DNA from: Candidatus Obscuribacteraceae bacterium | GTDB lineage: Bacteria > Cyanobacteriota > Vampirovibrionia > Obscuribacterales > Obscuribacteraceae | Direction: 5' to 3' | Assembly: GCA_044226015.1 (NCBI GenBank) | Contig: JBGAHS010000002.1 | Location: 497,571-561,570 of the forward strand | Length of the DNA: 64,000 bases | In this document: positions 49,760 to 59,683 of the stretch, piece after piece | How the letters are laid out: each line of letters opens with the position of its first letter | Position numbering within the stretch: the stretch's first letter is position 1 | Translations under genes and position numbers: made by a program | The notes under the pieces: generated by a model | Databases searched by the model: none | What the model was told of the DNA's origin: nothing | The model's input: only the letters and a program-made list of their open reading frames with translations

Positions 49760-50398
49760 CTACTTCGCCCCTCGCCTGGTGAGCACAGTTTGAAATGTCA
49801 TAAAGATGATTTTCAAATCAAGAAAATAATTCCATTTTTCGCAATACCACTTGTCGTAAGTGACCTTTACGTCATCAGGAAGTTCATCTCTCCCATTCAC
49901 TTGAGCCCAACCAGTGAGACCCGGTAGAAACCGCAGCACTCCTGCCTCCTGACGCCGCTGCGTCAGATCAGTTTGATTATACAAGGCGGGTCTTGGACCC
50001 ACGATGGACATCTCATTCTTAATAACGTTGAATATTTGAGGCAGTTCATCAAGACTTGTTTTACGCAAAAAAGCACCGACCTTAGTAATCGGACTCGGCA
50101 TCTTTAACATCTGATCTGTCGGCAAATCTGGCGTTCCAGTGCGCATTGTCCGGAACTTATAAATGTTGAAAAACCGACCATTTTTTCCGACTCTTCGCTG
50201 CTGAAAAATGATGGGTCCAGGTGAGTCCAGCTTAATCGCTGCACATATTGCAAGCATTATTGGAGCAAAAACGACGGCCGAACCCAAACATAGCGCGAGA
50301 TCTGTGGCGCGCTTCATCGAATGCTGAAACGCCCCAGCAACGGGCATTTGCGCTTCTTTTTCCGGACTCACGATTGGTGTTTTTTGCATTTGTCTCAA
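49760..50398 (-). CDS. Initiating phosphoglycosyl transferase (bacterial sugar transferase, small PglC/WcaJ type)
   Basis: KRATD, YKFRTM, RKTSLDELPQ, MSIVGPRP, PGLTGWAQVNGR. Confidence 0.95.
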   Translation of the reverse strand: MRQMQKTPIVSPEKEAQMPVAGAFQHSMKRATDLALCLGSAVVFAPIMLAICAAIKLDSPGPIIFQQRRVGKNGRFFNIYKFRTMRTGTPDLPTDQMLKMPSPITKVGAFLRKTSLDELPQIFNVIKNEMSIVGPRPALYNQTDLTQRRQEAGVLRFLPGLTGWAQVNGRDELPDDVKVTYDKWYCEKWNYFLDLKIIFMTFQTVLTRRGAK

Positions 50399-50680
50399 AA
50401 CAGGAATTTAATGCTTATTTAGTGCGGATAAGGTCTCCTTGACAGCGGGCAGAATAGCATATATCAAAATTCCTTTCATTGAACGCATCTCCATTGACCC
50501 GCACAGCCTCGAATTCTCGCGATGATGGCATTCACAATCTACTCTTGACAGGGCGACCCAAGACAAAACGCCCACACAATCGCCACTTTACGCATGAATG
50601 ATTGAGCTTTCCTACTCTTTGTTAATGAAAGCCAAAGCAGTCAAGCATATGATGATCGAGTAAATATCAGCGGTGCGCGA

Positions 50681-51562
50681 ATGCGTCTTTCAGTAATTAC
50701 AGTTAGCTGGAATGTTTCGAAACTACTCGATGTTGCTTTAGAAACATTGAAAGCAGACCTTCAGGGCATTGAAGCAGAAGTGTTTGTAATCGATAACGCA
50801 TCGGCTGACGACTCAGCGGAAATGGTGCGAAGAAAGCATCCATGGGTCAGGCTGATTGCTAACGACGAGAATCTTGGCTTTGCCAAAGCCAACAACCAGG
50901 CAATGCGCATGGCAAAAGGTGATTTCATATTTCTCTTAAACCCTGACACAGAAGTTAGACCGGGTGCGATAGCAGAGTTGCTGAAGTTTCTGGAAGAACA
51001 TCCGAAAGCGGGCATCGTGGCTCCTCAACTCATCAATTCTGATGGAAGCATTCAGAGATCATGCCGCGCCTTCCCAACTTTTATAGCAATGCTCTATGAA
51101 TTGATGGGACTGAGCAAAATGTTTCCGAACGATCCACGCTTCGGGGCATATAAAATGCTCGACTTCGAACATGACGAAGTTCGCGAAGTAGACCAACCCG
51201 AAGGCGCAGCACTGCTTTTACGGCGCGAAGTTATTGACCAGGTGGGCATTCTTGATGAAGGCTTTTTCATGCTGTTTGAAGAAGTTGATTGGTGCTACCG
51301 CATCAAGCAAGCAGGATGGCAAATCTGGTTTGACCCAGCAGCAAAAATTGTTCATCACTATGGACAATCCATAAAACAGGTCAAAGCAAAAATGATTTTG
51401 TCCTCACATCGAGGATTGTATAGATTCTGGTCGAAACATTACGCAAAAGGGCGCTGGTATCTCAACTGGTTCGTCTACACAGGTCTGATGTGCCTGGCAT
51501 GGTTGAGAATAGCGAGCCACAAACTGCGGTCTATGAAACAAACGAAAGCAGCGCTGGCTTGA
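50681..51562 (+). CDS. GT2 glycosyltransferase (WbbL-like, possible rhamnosyltransferase)
   Basis: DNASAD, NLGFAKANN, LNPD, FFMLFEEVDWC. Adjacent to the rml genes. Confidence 0.9.
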   Translation: MRLSVITVSWNVSKLLDVALETLKADLQGIEAEVFVIDNASADDSAEMVRRKHPWVRLIANDENLGFAKANNQAMRMAKGDFIFLLNPDTEVRPGAIAELLKFLEEHPKAGIVAPQLINSDGSIQRSCRAFPTFIAMLYELMGLSKMFPNDPRFGAYKMLDFEHDEVREVDQPEGAALLLRREVIDQVGILDEGFFMLFEEVDWCYRIKQAGWQIWFDPAAKIVHHYGQSIKQVKAKMILSSHRGLYRFWSKHYAKGRWYLNWFVYTGLMCLAWLRIASHKLRSMKQTKAALA

Positions 51563-51666
51563 GAGCTTTCCGAAATCAGGTTTTTAGTGGCATCCTAATT
51601 TTTGATAATAGTTGAATGCCCAGCCTGTGCTAATTTAGTCGTCTCTTGAAATGCACTTGAGAGCTT

Positions 51667-53463
51667 ATGCAGACGACCATTGAACCGAAAAACATGGACT
51701 CAAAAACCACTGCGACAAAGCAAACGTTTTTGAAAACGAATTACCCTTTGCTGGTAATCGCTGGATTTTGGGCTGCCTGCATCGCATTTATTGGCGTAAG
51801 CGGAAATTTTCCTGTCAATGACGATTGGATTTACGCCGAGTCAGTACAACACTTCTTGCAAAACGGTGAGCTGCGACTACTGGCTTGCGCTCCAGCTTGT
51901 GTGTTTCAGATTCTCAGCGCTGCGGCAGTATGCAAAATCTTTGGCTTCAGCCATGAAGTCTTGCGCTCTACCGGTGTGTTCTGGGCGGTGCTGGGAACTT
52001 ACGCATTGTACGGATGCTTCCGACAGCTGCGCGCACACAAATCTGTTTCGCTGTTCTTAACTCTTTGCTTTGCAGCGAATCCCCTGTTCATCAGCCTTGC
52101 TTTCTCATTCATGACTGACACCCCAGCAATTGCACTCACGCTGGGTTATGCCTTCTTCCTTCTCACAGGTCTAAAAAAACAAGAAGAAAAATGGTTTGCC
52201 TGTTCAGCGCTTTCACTAATTGCAGCAACACTCGTCCGGCAAAACCTCGGCTTTCTTGCGCTTGTAAACGCAGCACTACTGGCATGTATGTGGCTGCGCA
52301 AGCGCAACTCATGGACAATTCTTGTGGGTCTTGTTATTGCCCCGCTTGCAGTCGGCTACTTAGCTGATAAATGGATGCTTGCCACCAATGATTTCACTTC
52401 CTTATATGTATGGTACAAGGGCATGGTCGGCAAACAGATTTCGCTGCTTATACACCGACCAGGAAGAATGTTACCTACGCTGCTTCAGATATCGGGAGAA
52501 TTACTTGGGTACCTCGGACTCTTCTTGCTTCCGGCTATACCCGCGTTCCATCCTTCAGTAATTCGCTTTTTCAAAAACAAGAGCAGCATCAACCCAGCAT
52601 TTCCAATGATTTCAGCGGCATTGCTAATGTTCTCAATGTGCAAATTTATTTTTGGCGAAAACAGGTTGATGCCTTTCAGCCAGAACCTGCTTCGCATTCC
52701 CGAACTCGGCGCACACACCATCCTTGGTATCAACCACGCCAACCTTTCCAACAAATGGAGAGAGAACCTTACTTGGGCAAGCGGAATTGGCGGGTTCATT
52801 CTCAGCACGCTTATGTTGGATGCTGCAGCCAAAACAATTACAAGCTATCTGCGTTCTTTCAAGACTCCAGCAAGCGTTGAGAACATTTATCAACGAAGAA
52901 GGCTCGGTCACGCATTGCAAGGCATCGCCGCCCTGCTTATTTTCGGATTTCAATTCGCATTTAATGTACTGCAGTCCACCTTCTCGGACATTGACAGATA
53001 CTATCTGTTTCCACTGCTCGGTGCTTTACTCTGCTTGTCTCAAGTGTGGCGCTGGCAGAAGGCTAAACTCACACTAATTGCAGGCTTGCCACTGTTGCTG
53101 ATGCTGGCTTCTTATTCAATTGCAGCAACGCAAGATATGATGGCTTGGAATCGCGCACGATGGACAGCGCTTAATAAACTTGAGTCGCAGGGTGTTAACT
53201 TCAAGCAAATAGATGGTGGAGCAGAATACAACTACGCCCGCGACCCCCAACTTTTCAAAAACTTGATATTGCACGAAACATGGTATGAATTCACTCATCG
53301 CGGTGAGCCTCCGAGAGATCAATGGCGCTGGTGGACAGTCGCTGGAGAAAATTACATTGTCAGCTTCTCTCCTGTGCCGAATTATGATGTAGTATCAAAA
53401 GAGAGCTACTGGAGTGCACTCAGCGGAAATCGAGAAATTCTCGTTCTGAAGAAGTCAAACTGA
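51667..53463 (+). CDS. ArnT/PMT-like GT-C glycosyltransferase
   Basis: NDDWIY after TM1, NPLF..SFMTD, RQN, DRY, multiple TM helices. Confidence 0.85.
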   Translation: MQTTIEPKNMDSKTTATKQTFLKTNYPLLVIAGFWAACIAFIGVSGNFPVNDDWIYAESVQHFLQNGELRLLACAPACVFQILSAAAVCKIFGFSHEVLRSTGVFWAVLGTYALYGCFRQLRAHKSVSLFLTLCFAANPLFISLAFSFMTDTPAIALTLGYAFFLLTGLKKQEEKWFACSALSLIAATLVRQNLGFLALVNAALLACMWLRKRNSWTILVGLVIAPLAVGYLADKWMLATNDFTSLYVWYKGMVGKQISLLIHRPGRMLPTLLQISGELLGYLGLFLLPAIPAFHPSVIRFFKNKSSINPAFPMISAALLMFSMCKFIFGENRLMPFSQNLLRIPELGAHTILGINHANLSNKWRENLTWASGIGGFILSTLMLDAAAKTITSYLRSFKTPASVENIYQRRRLGHALQGIAALLIFGFQFAFNVLQSTFSDIDRYYLFPLLGALLCLSQVWRWQKAKLTLIAGLPLLLMLASYSIAATQDMMAWNRARWTALNKLESQGVNFKQIDGGAEYNYARDPQLFKNLILHETWYEFTHRGEPPRDQWRWWTVAGENYIVSFSPVPNYDVVSKESYWSALSGNREILVLKKSN

Positions 53464-53467
53464 AATC

Positions 53468-54250
53468 ATGAGATTGAACCTGCTACAAATCGCCAAAATG
53501 TTTTGCCTCATCGCCTTAACATTTTCGTTCTCTGCATGCTCGAATTCCGACGATCACCTCAGATTGGAAGACTCAGCCCATCACAATGCCGAAACCGAAA
53601 AAGAGCCAGAAGTCGAAGTTGACGACGCGAAAATCCAAGCATTTTGGGACTGGTTTCACCAAAACGAAGAACGCCTTGCCGAAATGCGCTCTCCTACAGA
53701 CCCACAATTTCAAGAAATCGTCAAAAGGCTTCAGGATGTGGATCTGCGCCTCAAGGCAGAAATCGGAGTCGCAAAAAATGGCCAGAACTATCAGTTAGCC
53801 ATCAGTCCAGAGCTGAATCCCGCTTTGTTTCCAGCAGTGAGGAAAATAGCAGCTGCGGCACCACCATCTCAGTATTGGGAAGTAGTACCGTTCTGCCAGA
53901 GATTGCGTCCGCAGACTCTAAGAAAACTCGAACTCAGTAATTCCGATGCCGAACAAAACTTCTATTATTTGTCCATTCGAGACTTGCGTTATCAAATGAC
54001 AATAGACGGACAAAAAGCCAACATAATCATCAAAATTAGAAACTACGCGCCGGGCGATAGCAAGAGCATCCACTACCAAGATATGGCACTGCTTATGCTG
54101 CAACAAGCGTTGGGCGAGTACGACCTATGCACCAAAATAGGCAACGTGAGCTTTGAACCATTGGACGAAAATACCGCAAAGAATTACAAGCATTTCGAGC
54201 TTATTTCAAGAGAACTGGACGAAAAGCTTCCGTACACACCAAAGCTCTGA
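53468..54250 (+). CDS. Putative lipoprotein (possibly DUF695-related)
   Basis: Lipobox FSAC, AFWDWF, ALGEY. Confidence 0.7.
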   Translation: MRLNLLQIAKMFCLIALTFSFSACSNSDDHLRLEDSAHHNAETEKEPEVEVDDAKIQAFWDWFHQNEERLAEMRSPTDPQFQEIVKRLQDVDLRLKAEIGVAKNGQNYQLAISPELNPALFPAVRKIAAAAPPSQYWEVVPFCQRLRPQTLRKLELSNSDAEQNFYYLSIRDLRYQMTIDGQKANIIIKIRNYAPGDSKSIHYQDMALLMLQQALGEYDLCTKIGNVSFEPLDENTAKNYKHFELISRELDEKLPYTPKL

Positions 54251-54270
54251 TCGTAAGCAAAGCTTGAATT

Positions 54271-54346
54271 CAAGATTCAAGATCGTGATTCAAGTTTCAA
54301 GATGCAAGTTTCAAGATGCAAGATTCAAGATGCAAGATTCAAGATC
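54271..54346. repeat. Heptamer tandem repeat (CAAGWTB) x10, STRR-like
   Basis: CAAGATT/CAAGATG/CAAGTTT/CAAGATC units, two then eight in register, between convergent genes. Confidence 0.92.
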
Positions 54347-54394
54347 GTGCCCTGTGCGGACTTTGAATCAAACGAGTCGTGGTCCAGCGGCGTA

Positions 54395-55000
54395 TTATCG
54401 TTGAAGCATCTTGGTTTCCGCTTCATCCAGCCATGAAAGCTCGAGCTCGAAGGTTTTGATGCAAAGCTCAACCATAAGCTTTCCCGCGACAGTCATTGCA
54501 CCAGTTTCGCCAGCGAACTCTTGTAGCGTTTTCTTTTCTCGTGCAAGCTGTTCGCACAGGAAATTGCGCCTTGAAGCAAATAGATTCTTCACGATTGGTT
54601 TCGGCAAATGAGCTGATAGCGCCATCCAAGTCTGAAATGGGGGCGGAGGTCGCTGGGTAGCCCAATCTGTTCGAGAAAGATTTGCTTGCAGAGCGTCGCG
54701 CCCCTTTTCGTTGATGCGATACGTCTGCTTTTCAGGACCCAACGCGGGTTCAAGCTCTGAGGTCAGAAATATGAACTTCAAAGAAAAGAGCTTCTTAAGC
54801 GAATAGTAAACCTGTGGGCGAGAGATGGCAGCCCAATCTTGAACATCCCGAAGCTCCAGCTCGCTTACAAGTTGATATCCATGCATAGCTTGCTCAGACA
54901 ACAAACTCAGCACAACCAGGTCAGGCAAGGTCAGCTCTCTGCCCTTTTGAGCAGGACTCAAATCAGTCCTCGCTTTCTGAGCCCGCTCCAGTACCACCAC
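54395..55000 (-). CDS. PadR-family transcriptional regulator
   Basis: VLSLLSEQAMHGYQL, QVYYSLKKL, YRINEKGR, C-terminal ELSWL. Confidence 0.92.
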   Translation of the reverse strand: MVVLERAQKARTDLSPAQKGRELTLPDLVVLSLLSEQAMHGYQLVSELELRDVQDWAAISRPQVYYSLKKLFSLKFIFLTSELEPALGPEKQTYRINEKGRDALQANLSRTDWATQRPPPPFQTWMALSAHLPKPIVKNLFASRRNFLCEQLAREKKTLQEFAGETGAMTVAGKLMVELCIKTFELELSWLDEAETKMLQR

Positions 55001-55236
55001 TTTCTCTTTTCAGGAGACAAAGACGGATTTTTTGCTTGCTCGATTGCACAACGCAAGACATCTAAAACACACTTATCCTGAGGTCCACCGCTCAAAATCG
55101 ACAAGCGCTCATAAAGGTCTTCGGCTTTCTGGCGGCTCAACTGCTCGACCGTTGTGATTTTCAAAACGGCGAAATCGCCCAAACAGGCTTTGCCAACACC
55201 TTCTAAGTCAGCGAGTTTCTTTGAATTACATTCCAT
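54958..55236 (-). CDS. Cdd1 / mitomycin-resistance McrB-like helix-hairpin-helix protein
   Basis: LEGVGKA HhH motif, LYERL, QDKCVLDVLRCA, KWWYWS. Confidence 0.85.
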   Translation of the reverse strand: MECNSKKLADLEGVGKACLGDFAVLKITTVEQLSRQKAEDLYERLSILSGGPQDKCVLDVLRCAIEQAKNPSLSPEKRKWWYWSGLRKRGLI

Positions 55237-55253
55237 TAAAGTAACCTATCGCA

Positions 55254-55276
55254 ATCTAGTCTAAATTAGACTAGAT
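55254..55276. promoter_or_regulatory. Perfect 11-1-11 palindrome, probable PadR operator
   Basis: ATCTAGTCTAA-A-TTAGACTAGAT in the 72-bp divergent intergenic region. Confidence 0.75.
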
Positions 55277-55308
55277 GATATCACCAACAATTCAATGAGG
55301 TCAACGAA

Positions 55309-55692
55309 ATGTTGAAAGTAGCTCCGACACTTCTGCTAGAAGAGCTAGAACCTTCTGTGAGCTTCTTTGTAGACAAACTGGGCTTCGAAAAAATTGCAGA
55401 GGTTCCCAGCCAGAATGGCGACAAACTCGACTTCGCCATGCTTAATAGCGGAAGCGTTGAAATTCACTTTCAGCGCCTGGCTAGCGCTACAAAAGACATT
55501 CCATACTTCGTTGGAGCCAAAATGCCTCCAAGTTCGTTCCTCTATATTGATGTGAATAACGTCAACGAACTCCACGAATCGCTGAAAGAGCACTGTATCG
55601 TGCCCTTAGAGAAAACATTTTATGGAGCCACACATTTTTTCATCAAAGAACCCGGTGGACACGTGATCGGCTTCAGCCAGAACGAAGAGTAA
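55309..55692 (+). CDS. VOC family (glyoxalase/bleomycin resistance) protein
   Basis: FFVDKLGF, LYIDV, TFYGATHFFIKEPGGHVIGF. Confidence 0.92.
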   Translation: MLKVAPTLLLEELEPSVSFFVDKLGFEKIAEVPSQNGDKLDFAMLNSGSVEIHFQRLASATKDIPYFVGAKMPPSSFLYIDVNNVNELHESLKEHCIVPLEKTFYGATHFFIKEPGGHVIGFSQNEE

Positions 55693-55708
55693 ATTCGAGA
55701 CTCTCCGC

Positions 55709-57256
55709 CTAGCGATTGACAAAATCGATCGACCCAACAAAGTCGTACGATCCATATTCTTTTTTACTTTCAAAAATATTGAATCTGTAGGTTCCCTTAC
55801 CAGGCAAAGAACACTGCAATTGCGCAGTTTCTTCGTTTGTAGATGGCAAGTCTAATTCTAGCCTTGTTCCGTCCTGCTCAAGCCCAGCAGAAAGCCAGAG
55901 CCTCCTCGGATTCTTTAGCACCACAGTTGCTTTTGATTCTGTTTCATTGCAAGCCCGCGCCGGGGAAACTAGAGCAAGATCCGAGGCAACAAATCGCGGA
56001 CGCAGCATTGGCTGTCGCAAGAAGTCACCTTGTGTCAAGGGCTTATCCAGAAGCTGCCAATCAGAATCCTCCGGGAAGTGATCTTGAATCATCACCACCG
56101 GCGGTGGCAAGAGATAATCAGTCCGGTAGGCTTTTCTAAACCCTTTCTCTCGACTAGTAAATCCTGAGTCCCAACAGGCGTCAATTAGATACCATTTCTT
56201 GCCGATGCGTGCAGCATTCCATGCATGCCCTTCACCTGAGAGTTTGCCACCCTTCTCATCTCGCGCATCACCAGTTACAACAATAATTTTCTCGTCGATG
56301 GCATCACCCAATGCCGAAAGCAAATTAGCATATCCAGCACAGACACTTTTCCGTGTGCGAAAGGTTGTTTCAGCATCTTGATCGGGAATGTTGCCACTGT
56401 AGTAAGCATCTGCATCGTAGCCTACTCGATCTGCCACATAATCGTGCAGCGCCTTTATGCGCTGCACTGGGTCTTTCTCGCGCTTTGCAATGTATTGAGC
56501 TACTGATTTGATACTGGCTTCGGCAGATGCAGGCATGCTTGCAACGACAGGGTGCAATGATTGTGAATTCTGCCAGGGCCAGGCCAGCTGAGGCAATACC
56601 ACTTCGAATTCCGGAGGAGGAGCAGAATCACCGCTAGAGCCATCCCCACCCTCGTCAGCTTGCTGGGTGCCCGCTCCATTTTGCTTGGAATTCGTCCCAT
56701 TACTCGCCGATTCACTTTTCTCCACCGAAGCAATTTCTTGCGCACGCTCCTGCGAAGCTTCCTCAGCCAATTCTCGAGCTTTGGGATCTATGCAATTTTT
56801 GTACGGGTTAGTTTTTGTGGTTTTATACAACCACTCGAGCCCTCCCGCGGCAGTGAACAAAGCCTTGCGTACAGCAGGAACACGGGAGTCTTTTAGATCA
56901 TCAAGCATCCAATCACCGCGAGTAGACAAAGCGATGAAAGCAGCCTGCGGATAGGTATAAAGCAATGCACCAATGAACAAAACACCCACCACAAAGGTTC
57001 GCAAACTGATTCGATCAAGCGGTGTGAGCCAGGCCTTCTTATCCTTATTTCGATGTGACCAGGCATGCAATTCCCACAATCCAGGAATAATTGGAAACAG
57101 AAACGCACCTGCCAACCATGGAAGATAGCGTGGTCCGCCAAGATATGCCGCAAGAGAGGAAGCAAGCCAGAACCCCACCAGAGGAGTTGCGTAAAAGAGC
57201 AGCGCAAGCGCGAACTTTATTAGCAATTCAAAGAGCTTAGCCAACAAACCAAGCAT
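55709..57256 (-). CDS. Membrane-anchored transglutaminase-like domain protein
   Basis: N-terminal TM helices, triad motifs VCAGYA, HAWN and DACWD, then DHFP..WQLL. Confidence 0.9.
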   Translation of the reverse strand: MLGLLAKLFELLIKFALALLFYATPLVGFWLASSLAAYLGGPRYLPWLAGAFLFPIIPGLWELHAWSHRNKDKKAWLTPLDRISLRTFVVGVLFIGALLYTYPQAAFIALSTRGDWMLDDLKDSRVPAVRKALFTAAGGLEWLYKTTKTNPYKNCIDPKARELAEEASQERAQEIASVEKSESASNGTNSKQNGAGTQQADEGGDGSSGDSAPPPEFEVVLPQLAWPWQNSQSLHPVVASMPASAEASIKSVAQYIAKREKDPVQRIKALHDYVADRVGYDADAYYSGNIPDQDAETTFRTRKSVCAGYANLLSALGDAIDEKIIVVTGDARDEKGGKLSGEGHAWNAARIGKKWYLIDACWDSGFTSREKGFRKAYRTDYLLPPPVVMIQDHFPEDSDWQLLDKPLTQGDFLRQPMLRPRFVASDLALVSPARACNETESKATVVLKNPRRLWLSAGLEQDGTRLELDLPSTNEETAQLQCSLPGKGTYRFNIFESKKEYGSYDFVGSIDFVNR

Positions 57257-57413
57257 CTCGGGAAACTCCTTAACCTATTGCTTGAGCCTGGAAAAGATCC
57301 ATGATAGCCGAACTTGACTTAAAGCAGCAACTTTAACAAGCATGAAATGTCTTCGCCCGGCAACACAAGAACAAACTACCCGGCTAGTCACTTTCCGTTT
57401 TTCGCTAGATTCT

Positions 57414-58307
57414 CTAAACTGGGAGAAACTTTACTCCAGCCATTCCTTCTGAGGCGACCCAGAGTTTTTTCGCCATCTCCTCGTCGAGAGCATGAGGTTT
57501 TGCACTAACCCGGGTTGGCATTCCACTGATTTCCATGAAACCATTCGGACCGTAGTATTCACCATTTGAAACGGAAGAATTAGTGCTCGCATGAATGATT
57601 GGCAAAGCTCCTTCAGCGTCAGTTTGGGCCAATAAACTAGCAAAAATCTCAGAGATATATGTGCGCAAGACTTTGCGCCCCTGCTGTGGACCCGATGCTA
57701 GAATATTTGTCTTGGCCACACCTGGATGCGCAGCCACACTCACTATTGGTAGACCTGCACCTTTTGTTCTCCTTGCCAATTCAAAACTAAACAACAGATT
57801 TGCGAGCTTGCTGTTTCCGTACGCAGCCCAACCTTCGTAGTTTCTCTCGGCGTTCAAATCAGCCAAATCAATCTTGCCATATCGATGAGCGATTGAACTT
57901 ACGGTCACCACTCGCGGTGCCTCCGCTTTCATTAAAGCTGGAAGAAGCTCAGCGGTGAGAAGAAAATGACCAAGATGGTTGGTTGCAAACTGCATTTCAA
58001 ATCCATCTTTTGAAAGCGTTCTGCTCGGCAGCGCCATTACCGCAGCGTTATTAACTAGCAAATCTAGCTTTGGCTTGCTCTCCACAAAACGACTGCAAAA
58101 GTTGCGAATAGAAACTAAACTCGACAAGTCGAGAATGCTCAACTCCACCTTTGCATCAGGCACAATATCCAGAATGCGCCTGAGTGCTTCGGTACCCCGA
58201 CTGTGGTCGCGACATGCCAGTACCACCTGCGAACCGTCTTTAGCCAGTTGCAAGGCTGTGTGAAAACCGATGCCACCATTCGCCCCAGTCACAATCGCAA
58301 TCTTCAC
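57414..58307 (-). CDS. Short-chain dehydrogenase/reductase (retinol-dehydrogenase-like)
   Basis: TGANGGIG, NNAAVM, NHLGHF, YGNSK, HPG. Confidence 0.93.
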   Translation of the reverse strand: MKIAIVTGANGGIGFHTALQLAKDGSQVVLACRDHSRGTEALRRILDIVPDAKVELSILDLSSLVSIRNFCSRFVESKPKLDLLVNNAAVMALPSRTLSKDGFEMQFATNHLGHFLLTAELLPALMKAEAPRVVTVSSIAHRYGKIDLADLNAERNYEGWAAYGNSKLANLLFSFELARRTKGAGLPIVSVAAHPGVAKTNILASGPQQGRKVLRTYISEIFASLLAQTDAEGALPIIHASTNSSVSNGEYYGPNGFMEISGMPTRVSAKPHALDEEMAKKLWVASEGMAGVKFLPV

Positions 58308-58473
58308 GCCATCTCTCCGAGTAAATTAAGACCAGACTAAAATCGAGTCCATCATACACTCTTTACGCGCGGAATCGGCAGATCAGGTCGAACTGATGAC
58401 AGATACCTTAAGATACGCACGCAGCATAACCTGGCACTGGCTTCCGCTCACCCGATGAGCAGAGCGTCCCACG

Positions 58474-59388
58474 TCAGTCCAGGCTGTAGCCCTTCTCGAT
58501 TTCTCTAGCTATCTTAAGAGTCTGAACGTGCAACTGCGCCGTAACATCACGCCTTTTGTTATAGCCCCCGGCAAGAACAATAGCCACTCCAGCACCAGCT
58601 CTAACACAAGCGTCAATAGTAAATCGATCGCGCTCAGCAAGCTCATCGGTACTCAAAGACATCTGGCCATACCTATCATCAACATGCACATCAACCCCAG
58701 CAAGATAGAAAACAATCTCGGGAGAAAACTGCTCCAGACAGCCCACAAGCGTATCCTTCAATCGCTCAAGATAATAAGCACCCTCGACCCACCGCTCAAA
58801 CTCAAGGTCGTATGTGCCAGCATACTTTTCCACTGGATAATTCGCTGCGACATGTGCAGAATAGGTAAAAACGCTGGGCTCGTTCGCCAATAAAAAATGC
58901 GTACCATTGCCCTGATGTGCATCCAAATCGACAATCATAATACGACTAGCGGGACGTTTCTGCTGCAGAACCTTGACGGCCACAGCTACATCATTAATGA
59001 TGCAATATCCTGCACCTCTATCGGGAAAGGCATGATGCGTACCTCCAGCAAGATTGGCAGCAATCAAGCAAGACTTGCTAGCGACAGACGTTGCAGCCAT
59101 GATTGTTCCAGCAGCAGCAGCAAAACTGCGTGCCACCAGTTCTGGTGACCAGGGAAAACCAATCTTACGCAGTTCTTCTTTCCCAAGATTCCCTTCGGCG
59201 AATGCCTTTATATAGCTCTCTTCATGCACAAGAGCAAGTTCTTCCATACTCACGGAACCAGGGTCTTCCAAATTTTCGCATAGCCCAAGTGCAAGAACAG
59301 CATCACGAACTTGGCGATATTTTTCAATAGGAAACGGATGCCCCTCAGGCAACGTAATATCATAACGCGCGCTATAGAAAAATCGCAT
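58474..59388 (-). CDS. Histone deacetylase family protein
   Basis: GHPFP, GGTHHA, GYC, DLDAHQGNG, GVD, GGY. Start trimmed to MRFFY. Confidence 0.93.
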   Translation of the reverse strand: MRFFYSARYDITLPEGHPFPIEKYRQVRDAVLALGLCENLEDPGSVSMEELALVHEESYIKAFAEGNLGKEELRKIGFPWSPELVARSFAAAAGTIMAATSVASKSCLIAANLAGGTHHAFPDRGAGYCIINDVAVAVKVLQQKRPASRIMIVDLDAHQGNGTHFLLANEPSVFTYSAHVAANYPVEKYAGTYDLEFERWVEGAYYLERLKDTLVGCLEQFSPEIVFYLAGVDVHVDDRYGQMSLSTDELAERDRFTIDACVRAGAGVAIVLAGGYNKRRDVTAQLHVQTLKIAREIEKGYSLD

Positions 59389-59683
59389 CTGGGAATTGTA
59401 CACAAAACCACCGTGCCGAGCACAGCCTGGCGACACGCGCAATCATGATTGTCTCGAATTACTTACAAACGCAGAATAGCACCGCGACATGAGCAGTATA
59501 CACAATTTCCGTTTCAAGATACTCAAGATGCGTATCTTGAAGCGGCTGATGGAGTACAATTGGACTCTACGCAAACGACCCCTCGAACCCAAATGGGTTC
59601 TAAACCTTCAATTCTTGGGCAAATAAGAAAAACGTGAAATGACAAACTCGACTCTGCTCAATTCTTCATTCGGGAGATGCTAG

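Noticed and set aside
54271..54346. Iterons or plasmid origin
   Set aside because: The 7-bp units are too short, no rep gene is adjacent, and the tract lies between convergent gene ends.
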